Source: an uncultured virus (IMG/VR IMGVR_UViG_3300025736_000017)
Taxonomy: Duplodnaviria; Heunggongvirae; Uroviricota; Caudoviricetes
Length of the DNA: 64,000 nt
Direction: 5' to 3' (one strand)
IMG/VR virus record: IMGVR_UViG_3300025736_000017
Within the stretch, counting starts at the first letter, position 1. Each line of letters opens with the position of its first letter. The position numbers and the translations under genes are program-made. Below, piece after piece: positions 56,690-64,000 of this stretch. The notes beneath the pieces were generated by a model. It made no database searches and was not told where the DNA came from. It saw only the letters and a list, made by a program, of their open reading frames with translations.

Positions 56690-58045
56690 TTGAACTACCA
56701 CACCCTAAAGGATATGGATTCTCAGGAACAACAGACTAATGTCTGTTTATTTACTGAGCTATCACGGTCGTCCCGACCGCTTAAAATTCTTAACCCTTCA
56801 TCTAAAATATTCAATGAAGCATTTAAGTCTCGATCATGTTTTGTATGACATGTATCACAAGTCCAAACACGATCTGCTAAAGTTAAATCTTTTTTCTTCC
56901 AACCACACTTGTTACAAAGCTTAGAACTAGCAAAGAATCTATCTATCTTAACTACTTCTCTGCCATACCAATCAGCTTTGTAAACTAGCATTTCTACGAA
57001 TTTACTCCAAGAAGCATCTGAAATACTTTTAGCTAAACAGTGATTTTTAACCATATTTTTGACACTCAAATCTTCTAAACAAATAACTTGGTTTTCGTTA
57101 ATTAGTTTAGTTGATAATTTGTGTAAAAAATCTGATCTCTTATTAGCTATTTTTTGATGTATTTTAAATACTTTTTGTCGTTGTTTAAATTTTCTATTAC
57201 TTCCGTTTTTTCTTTGACTTAATTTTCGTTGTGCTTTAACTAATTTACTTTCTAACTTTCTAAGATATTTAGGATTAGATACCTTCTCATTGTCAGAAGT
57301 AATAGCAAAATCTTTAATCCCTAAATCTATACCTATTTCTTTATCTATCCTAGTAAACGTTTTAATCTCAACTTCACATAAAATGGAAATATAATATTGA
57401 TTTAAAATATTTTTGGTAATTGTGACTGATTTGATTTTTCCTTCTACTTCTCTAGACTTTCTAAATTTAACAAAACCCAACTTAGGCAATTTTATGTGAT
57501 TATCCTTAACTCTAATAGAATTATTTATACTTATTGTTCTATAAGAGTTTTTAGGATTCTTTTTAGATTTATACTTGATAGAGGTTTTTTGTTTATTCTT
57601 TAGTTTCCTAAAGAAATTCTTATAAGCCTTTTCTAGATCTATTCTTGCTTGTTGTAAGGCAATTGAATCGACTTCTTTAAGGAATTCATATTCTTGTTTA
57701 TATTCTTTCTCTGTTTTACTTTTAGATTCATCTTTATTCTTGTATTTCTCTTGTTTCTCGTAAAGCATACAATTATAGATTAGTCTTGAGCATCCTATCG
57801 TTTTGTTGGGTTCTAATTTATATTTGTATGCTTTAAATTTCATTTGACGAAGAAAGACCTCTGACAAGCATAGGAAGAAGTCAAAGGTCTTTTGCGAGTT
57901 TCCTCACAATTAATATTTTAATTATAGTTTCCTATGCTATATCTATACATTCTATGTCGATTTATTAATTCCTTTATAATTTTTAAAAAAAATTATAAGT
58001 TGAGATTCATCTCCCCCCGTGAACGAGGGAGTCTTCTCTCAACAA
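56690..58045 (-). mobile_element. IS200/IS605-type element carrying tnpB without tnpA
   Basis: Right end GAATCCATATCCTTTAGGGTGTGGTAGTTCAA; hairpin CTCCCTCGTTCACGGGGGGAG at about 58012-58032 as probable left end; boundaries approximate. Confidence 0.65.
56722..57843 (-). CDS. tnpB: TnpB RNA-guided endonuclease
   Basis: KAYKYKLEP, GIDLGIK, ICLEDL, SSKLCNKCG, HDRDLNAS; likely start MKFKAY at 57843. Confidence 0.95.
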   Translation of the reverse strand: MKFKAYKYKLEPNKTIGCSRLIYNCMLYEKQEKYKNKDESKSKTEKEYKQEYEFLKEVDSIALQQARIDLEKAYKNFFRKLKNKQKTSIKYKSKKNPKNSYRTISINNSIRVKDNHIKLPKLGFVKFRKSREVEGKIKSVTITKNILNQYYISILCEVEIKTFTRIDKEIGIDLGIKDFAITSDNEKVSNPKYLRKLESKLVKAQRKLSQRKNGSNRKFKQRQKVFKIHQKIANKRSDFLHKLSTKLINENQVICLEDLSVKNMVKNHCLAKSISDASWSKFVEMLVYKADWYGREVVKIDRFFASSKLCNKCGWKKKDLTLADRVWTCDTCHTKHDRDLNASLNILDEGLRILSGRDDRDSSVNKQTLVCCS

Positions 58046-58083
58046 TGTCAATAAATAAAACAAATAATAATTTTCTCATAATT

Positions 58084-58605
58084 TTATTCCTTTTCCCAGG
58101 GAGCTTTTGAATCTAATATTTTTTCGACAGAAGGATCGTATTCGAAATTATCTATCATTCTTTTTAAAGCATCATCTGGAACGCCATGCTTGTTCCTTCC
58201 TTTTAAGAATTCAAAATTCCATTTTCCTTCATCATCATATAAATCAGGATTCCAATCAGGTTTTTCGAATTTAACTTCATACCCGTATTGTTGAGCCAAC
58301 TCTACACTCTTACGGATTTCCCACAATTTAATGTGAGTATTATCTACAACGACTGGAGAAATCCCTTGTTGCATCGCTTCTTCAGTTCTGTTTTGATTCC
58401 ATTTATGAGCAACAGACAATTTCTTAGCATCAAAATTATAATTACCTTCTTCATCGTAGAAGTAATCATCAGTACTTAATACGACTCCATCTTTACCTAA
58501 GTCGTTAGCCAATGTTGACTTACCTGAACCAGATACGCCACGAACGATATATAATAACTTGCCTTGCTCCGACTCTTGTGCTTCTTTGTCCCAGTTTGTT
58601 GCCAT
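58084..58605 (-). CDS. P-loop kinase (AAA_33, N4BP2/PNK-like)
   Basis: RGVSGSGKST, STDDYF, AHKWNQ, VVDNTH, RNKHGVP; N-terminus NWDKEAQ. Confidence 0.85.
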   Translation of the reverse strand: MATNWDKEAQESEQGKLLYIVRGVSGSGKSTLANDLGKDGVVLSTDDYFYDEEGNYNFDAKKLSVAHKWNQNRTEEAMQQGISPVVVDNTHIKLWEIRKSVELAQQYGYEVKFEKPDWNPDLYDDEGKWNFEFLKGRNKHGVPDDALKRMIDNFEYDPSVEKILDSKAPWEKE

Positions 58606-58774
58606 CAGATTCTTTCCTTTATATTAAAATTCAAAATTAATTATAACATAAAAGTTGTCACATTGCTTGTTTAATTTATTGGTTGGCGAGGTTTATTAAG
58701 TTATTATTTATTAAAAGTAAATCATAACCACCAACTGTATCCATAACTGCTGTGCCATCTTTTTCTCCTTATAT

Positions 58775-61700
58775 CTAGATATTGCCCAGAGGCATAGTAC
58801 CTAATTGACGCGGGAAGAATTCAACACCATCACCATTTCCACCACCATCAGTACATCCCCAAGCAACGACTCGCGTATCACCACTAGCAGTATTATTAGA
58901 TACAACTAAACCTGTTTCTGATATGATAGTTGTAGTTGTCCCACCAGAAGGCTGGTTTCCAGTTAAAGTTCCAATTAATTCAATAGAAGATAATGTTGGA
59001 GTTTTAGAAGTAATCGCCGGTTCGCCAATCTCATACAACGACTCTAATTGAGCAACAGACAATGGAGTATTCCAAACTGCTACTTCATCAATCACACCAT
59101 TAAAATAACCGCGCCTTGTAGTGCCATTAGTCTGCATACTAGTACCAAAAACTAATGGTTGACCAGAATACCAATCAGGGTCTTCAGTCATAGCTACAGA
59201 ACCATCCTCAACTGCATTAAGATATACTTTGTGAGTAGAACCGTTGTAAACAATGGCAGCAAAATACCATGTACCATCAACAATAGTGGTAGAACCTGTG
59301 ACTGGGACGTTCACACCATCTGACAGCTTTTCTGTATCGCCAGCCAGTTTGACTCCAGATACTGTGTTAATACCAAGCATGTAGTTAGCATTAATGCCAG
59401 CAGGAGATTCAGACTCGGCACAACCTTTGGCTACTATCGGCTCAAAACTAGCAATGCCACCATTTCCTGTTGTATCACCATCGCCAGTACCTGTTCTATT
59501 AAACCAACAAGTTACAGTATACTGTTGACATCCCATTGCGGTTGGGCCAGTTCTTGGAAGTGCCGCCTCTGCATTTTCTAACTGAATATAATTAGTGCTA
59601 CCATTAAAAGTAGCAGCAGTGTCAACATCTCCAGGTATGGCTCCAGCCGTTCCGAATGTCGTGCCGACCACAGCTACACTATCATTGTTGTTAGCTGTTT
59701 CATCTATAGCTTGACTAGCACCGAGAGACTCCCCAAGTCTCCAATATCCTTTAAGGTTAGCACTCTCAATAGCTTTAAGTGTTGTTTCATAATCAGCAGC
59801 ACCGCCAACGCCACCAGTTCTATCGAAAGTCGCAATTATTTGATTGTATCGACCATCAGCAAGTGTGGATATGTCCAGACTGTTCGCTCCATCATCTAAT
59901 GAAGCAAGTATCGAATCTTTGGATGTAACTCCATCATCACTACTGTGGACGACTACATCTATAGACTGACCATCGACCATAGATGCTGTGGCTTCTATTG
60001 TATCCCATTCGACTTCTTCGCCAGCATCTTCCCAGCTAGATGTATATATTCCAGTGTCGAATCCACCTTCTACCCATATAGCTCCAACCTCAACTTCATG
60101 CTGCGTAGTCTTACTCAAATCGTATGTAGCACCCACAGCGATAGTAGTTGCTGTTGTCCCAACATCGGTTGCGTCAACAGTTGCAGTATATTGAGTCGCA
60201 TCAGAATACAATTCTACGTTTGCTGGAGTATCTCCATCTACAATAGCTTTAAAGTCAGGAAGAGTTCCAGGTGAAACTGTAGGTGCTCCAGTTACGGCAA
60301 CACCAGCCCTAGTTCCATCACAAATACGCCATACGCCAGTTTTAGACGCACCGCTTGATCCGATACTATGCAATGTCTGAAGTTGAGTCAACGTTAAAGC
60401 TTTATCCCAAATTGCAACTTCGTCAATTACGCCATTAAAATAACCGCGCCTTGTAGTGCCATTAGTCTGCATACTAGTACCAAAAACTAATGGCTGACCA
60501 GAATAATAGTCAATGTCATTCGTAGCAGATATTGATCCATCCTCGACTGCATTAAGATATACTTTATGAGTAGAACCGTTAAAAACAATAGCAGCGAAGT
60601 ACCATGTGCCATCAACAATAGTGGTAGAACCTGTGACTGGCTTATTTAAACCGCCAACCATTTCTTCTGTGTCTCCTGATAGTTTATTATCCCCTACTGT
60701 ATTGATACCAAGCATGTAGTTAGCATTAACTCCAGCGGGAGATTCAGACTCGGCGCAACCTTTAACAACCAAAGGCTCAAAACTAGCAATGCCACCACCG
60801 CCAGTTCCAGTACTAGTGCCATTGCCTGACCTCTTAAACCAACAAGTTACAGTATAATACCTCGCGCCCATCGCAGTTGGTTCTGTCCTTGGTGCTGATG
60901 CTGCATTTTCTATTTGAACGTAACTAGAGCTACCGTTAAATGTTGCTGCGGTGTCAGCATCCCCAGATATACCACCAGCCGTTCCGAATGTCATGTTAGC
61001 TAAAGCTACACTATCATTATTGTTAGCTGTTTCATCTAAGACTTGACTAGCACCAGCACCTTCTCCAAGTCTCCAAAAGCCTAGCAAGTTAGCACTCTCA
61101 GTACCAGTTACAGTCGATTCGTAATCAGCAGTTGTAGTCCAATCTGAGCCTGCATATTCGTAGTGAGTTGTATCTTCATACCTATAAATGGCATTACGCA
61201 TTCTGAAAGCGTCATTGCCTTGGGCTTCACCGGCACTATCAACGAACGTAACTGTATAGTCTGAAATTGAACTCTCACCAGGAGGGAGATTGAATACGGC
61301 TAGAGCCTGAGCATAATCAACGCCAGTAGGTGCTTGTACCCATAAATAATCATTAGAGCCAGGATTGTCCGCAAAACTTGAATCTCTTAAAGCCATAGAC
61401 CCGCCATCACCAGCAAGTGCCCAGATAGCCGTGTTGTCTGACCATTTTAAATTTGCTAAACTCTCGCCGGTAACTTCTGAGAAATCCTGATAATATCCGC
61501 ATCCAACAATGCCATCTTTAACGTATACTAAATCACCAGAACCGTCTTCCCAAGAAGAACCGCTAATCTCTCTAGAATATTCTGACAAAGTTGCTGTTTG
61601 ACTTGTTAATGACTGAAGAGTACCGCCGCCCTGAAGTAGCTCAACTTCGAATTCGTATGCATCTTCAGTTAAGCCGCTAATAGCAGCAGTGATGTCTTGA

Positions 61701-63085
61701 TCGTCACCAGCAGTTTTAACTTGGTAAGTTGTATATTCCCAAGCACCTGGAGAAGTGTCACGATATCTGAACCTAACTTGCCCAGCAGCATGTATGCTAA
61801 CAGTAGAATTAGCTGTAAATGAAGTTGATGTTGTATTTGTTGCTGCATCAGTTGCTAAGGCAACTAATTTTGAGGGAATATCCGCTGAAAAAATTTGTGT
61901 TGATCCATCGGCATCTAAGCATTGGTCATGGTAACTAAGCCCATCAATCGTAAGTATGTCACAATTCTGTCGCCCGCCGCCAGTTACATCATATGAGTCG
62001 TCATCGATGTACCAACTACCGATGGCACTACCACTAAAAGTAGTATTACCCATAGGACCATCGCCTAATTCCCTCAAACCTAGAGCATCAGTAGTAACAT
62101 TACCGGCTCCAGTTGCAGTTGCCCAATCGTCAATTGGCTGACTTAATTTAGCGAAATGGTCATGCCCAGAATAAGCAGATGACACACCATATTGTTGAAA
62201 CAACGGACCCCATATAGTTTGAGCTTTAACCGCTTGAGTTCCACCGGAACTAGTTGAACCAGGCCATGCAGGATAGTGATAAGTAGCGATTATCCAACGG
62301 ATAGTCTCATCTGTAGACGCTCGTATTAACGAGTCTGTTAAGAATCCTAATTGTCCATCCCAAGTAGTGGGATTTGTATAACTACCTTGATCCCATTGCT
62401 CAATGTTGCCACTATCTAAACCGATAATTAAAACATCGCCGATTTGAACTTTCCAGTGATATTGAGGCGTAAAGAAAGCATCAACATATTCTGGTGCGGT
62501 TCCTTCTAGTTCGTGATTGCCCAAAATAGCCATAAGGGGAACTCTAAATCCAGTTGGAGTTACCCATTCGCCACCGCTACCGTCGCCCGATATGATATCG
62601 AATATTTCTGTCCAGTGCGAAAGTGTATTACCATTATCAACAAAATCACCACTACTGATGAGAGCCAATGGTTCTTTGGACATAGCTACGGTAGAGGTTA
62701 AACGAAAATTAGCTCTATAAGTAGCATTGAGGTTTATTTGAGCATCACTACCTTGAGCGAATACTTTTTCACCAGCATAGCCAGCAGCGGGTGCAGTACG
62801 AAATTTTCTAACAGCACCAGCATCGCTTGATACTTTAAAGTAGAAAGTTGTGTCTGCTGTCAGTCCAGTTAGTTTGGCTGTATGTATCCAACCAGCAGCG
62901 AGAGCTTCAGATGTACTGTTAACGTTAGAAGTTAGTGTACCAGATGCAAGTCCATAATCTACTTGTACTGCTTCAGCTTGCCCGCTATCCCTCCATTTGA
63001 CAATCATTTCTGTAGACGGATCGAAAGTAGCTGCCCCAGTTTGAGGCATCCACACTAACCATTGATATTCTAGCACAGAAGCCAT
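58775..63085 (-). CDS. Large purple-acid-phosphatase + two LamG-like domain protein, probably virion-exposed
   Basis: FN3-like HTAKLTGL..YFKV; GSD, GDFVD, GNHE, GHDH; duplicated WRLGE..FNG..FNGVIDEVA.W modules. Confidence 0.8.
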   Translation of the reverse strand: MASVLEYQWLVWMPQTGAATFDPSTEMIVKWRDSGQAEAVQVDYGLASGTLTSNVNSTSEALAAGWIHTAKLTGLTADTTFYFKVSSDAGAVRKFRTAPAAGYAGEKVFAQGSDAQINLNATYRANFRLTSTVAMSKEPLALISSGDFVDNGNTLSHWTEIFDIISGDGSGGEWVTPTGFRVPLMAILGNHELEGTAPEYVDAFFTPQYHWKVQIGDVLIIGLDSGNIEQWDQGSYTNPTTWDGQLGFLTDSLIRASTDETIRWIIATYHYPAWPGSTSSGGTQAVKAQTIWGPLFQQYGVSSAYSGHDHFAKLSQPIDDWATATGAGNVTTDALGLRELGDGPMGNTTFSGSAIGSWYIDDDSYDVTGGGRQNCDILTIDGLSYHDQCLDADGSTQIFSADIPSKLVALATDAATNTTSTSFTANSTVSIHAAGQVRFRYRDTSPGAWEYTTYQVKTAGDDQDITAAISGLTEDAYEFEVELLQGGGTLQSLTSQTATLSEYSREISGSSWEDGSGDLVYVKDGIVGCGYYQDFSEVTGESLANLKWSDNTAIWALAGDGGSMALRDSSFADNPGSNDYLWVQAPTGVDYAQALAVFNLPPGESSISDYTVTFVDSAGEAQGNDAFRMRNAIYRYEDTTHYEYAGSDWTTTADYESTVTGTESANLLGFWRLGEGAGASQVLDETANNNDSVALANMTFGTAGGISGDADTAATFNGSSSYVQIENAASAPRTEPTAMGARYYTVTCWFKRSGNGTSTGTGGGGIASFEPLVVKGCAESESPAGVNANYMLGINTVGDNKLSGDTEEMVGGLNKPVTGSTTIVDGTWYFAAIVFNGSTHKVYLNAVEDGSISATNDIDYYSGQPLVFGTSMQTNGTTRRGYFNGVIDEVAIWDKALTLTQLQTLHSIGSSGASKTGVWRICDGTRAGVAVTGAPTVSPGTLPDFKAIVDGDTPANVELYSDATQYTATVDATDVGTTATTIAVGATYDLSKTTQHEVEVGAIWVEGGFDTGIYTSSWEDAGEEVEWDTIEATASMVDGQSIDVVVHSSDDGVTSKDSILASLDDGANSLDISTLADGRYNQIIATFDRTGGVGGAADYETTLKAIESANLKGYWRLGESLGASQAIDETANNNDSVAVVGTTFGTAGAIPGDVDTAATFNGSTNYIQLENAEAALPRTGPTAMGCQQYTVTCWFNRTGTGDGDTTGNGGIASFEPIVAKGCAESESPAGINANYMLGINTVSGVKLAGDTEKLSDGVNVPVTGSTTIVDGTWYFAAIVYNGSTHKVYLNAVEDGSVAMTEDPDWYSGQPLVFGTSMQTNGTTRRGYFNGVIDEVAVWNTPLSVAQLESLYEIGEPAITSKTPTLSSIELIGTLTGNQPSGGTTTTIISETGLVVSNNTASGDTRVVAWGCTDGGGNGDGVEFFPRQLGTMPLGNI
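59020..61130. repeat. Internal duplication of the LamG module (about 59020-59800 and 60370-61130)
   Basis: Long identical stretches, e.g. AAAATAACCGCGCCTTGTAGTGCCATTAGTCTGCATACTAGTACCAAAAACTAATGG at about 59102 and 60437. Confidence 0.9.
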
Positions 63086-63097
63086 TGATATTCCTTT

Positions 63098-63439
63098 TTA
63101 GTTACTGAAGAAAGTTATACTAATTGTTCCATCGACTGCTCCATCTCTTCTAAAATATAAGAAGCTAGAAGATGGAACAGGGATATTATAAACTCCATTG
63201 ATTTTATAGCTGCATCCGTCTTCGGCTGGTTCTGTATTAACAGGAACTAAAAACGCATTTGTAGTTTCTACACTGACATGGGCAAAGCGAGCATTTGCTG
63301 GGACTTCTATTGAACTCCACGTTGCTTCAGTGTCTTGTCTAGCTTTTGGCGTAGCTATTGCAGGCTGTAGTGCAGACATTAAACCTTCTTCTGTTGCCGG
63401 ATTTATTGTGTCGCCATCTATATTAAATATCTGAGCCAT
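63098..63439 (-). CDS. Small beta-rich probable structural protein
   Basis: G.TINPATEE motif; class B-like promoter upstream. Confidence 0.6.
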   Translation of the reverse strand: MAQIFNIDGDTINPATEEGLMSALQPAIATPKARQDTEATWSSIEVPANARFAHVSVETTNAFLVPVNTEPAEDGCSYKINGVYNIPVPSSSFLYFRRDGAVDGTISITFFSN

Positions 63440-63545
63440 TTTTTTTTCCTTATATTAAATTCAAAAGATATTACTATATTACCTTAAAAAAACTAATTTC
63501 CTCTTTTGAATACAAATTATTCTATTTCAACGGTTTTTACTTCTA

Positions 63546-63707
63546 TTAAAGACGTTTTAGGAGAAGTAGGTTTGAGATCTTTAACGATTGCATCAACATC
63601 ATGAAAAATACAAGCATCATTATGCGGGCATGACCATTGAATTCCGCCAACGATTCTTCTGTCGCTGGATTGATTGTCTCGCCATTTTTATTAAATACAA
63701 AAGCCAT
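63546..63707 (-). pseudogene. Short, possibly frameshifted paralog of 63098..63439
   Basis: MAFVFNKNGETINPATEESL matches MAQIFNIDGDTINPATEEGL, then diverges. Confidence 0.5.
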
Positions 63708-63723
63708 AATTTTTCCTTTTTAT

Positions 63724-63990
63724 TTAGTTTCCGTCAACGTCAGTTTCAGCACCACCTAAAACAAGGTCTGCTAACGCTCTAGCATTATTAAAAGCAGTTA
63801 ACATAGCACCAGCATCGTCACCTAATTCAGAAGCTACATTAGCTTTTCCTGCTAATGCTACTGATTTACGTATTTCTCTCAATGCTCTTTGTATGTCTCT
63901 TCCCATTCGTGTAAAATCTTTACGAATATCACGAGCTTCATTTGATGTTATAATTTCTGTCGTTTGTGTTGGAATTTCATGTAAAGCCAT
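63724..63990 (-). CDS. Hypothetical protein
   Basis: 88-aa helical ORF. Confidence 0.6.
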   Translation of the reverse strand: MALHEIPTQTTEIITSNEARDIRKDFTRMGRDIQRALREIRKSVALAGKANVASELGDDAGAMLTAFNNARALADLVLGGAETDVDGN

Positions 63991-64000
63991 TTTTTAATCT

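Noticed and set aside
1..64000. Stop-codon reassignment, common in jumbo phages
   Set aside because: Standard code gives dense full-length ORFs ending in TAA, TAG and TGA; no clear suppressor tRNA

Overview
A 64-kb, AT-rich, gene-dense segment of what looks like a large (jumbo) bacteriophage genome, transcribed mostly on the minus strand. The standard genetic code fits. No core capsid or replication genes are visible. Recognisable content: 14 tRNA genes in several clusters, some structurally aberrant; a phage lysozyme; a glycosyl/methyltransferase cluster; a nicotinamidase-vWA-PP2C-kinase (TerY-P-like) operon; RNA-repair and ADP-ribose enzymes (two RNA ligases, Tpt1/KptA, NADAR, phosphoesterase, PNK-like kinase); two sigma factors; one full-length and one truncated TnpB; and a large phosphatase-LamG protein. 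The most striking unexplained structure is three families of otherwise dissimilar proteins sharing short N-terminal tags. (1) Eight MK[IT]RNGFVSNSS[ST][ST]SF proteins, seven in tandem directly behind a radical SAM/SPASM gene. (2) About 11 M[NS]WYKxAQ-type proteins carrying diverse enzyme domains, plausibly a capsid-targeting and cleavage signal for virion-delivered effectors. (3) Three MKMIMR peptides. Two recurrent promoter motifs (TGTGA-N12/13-TATAAT and AGGA-N17/18-GAAW) and several candidate structured ncRNAs are also visible. All family assignments come from motif recognition by eye, not database searches.
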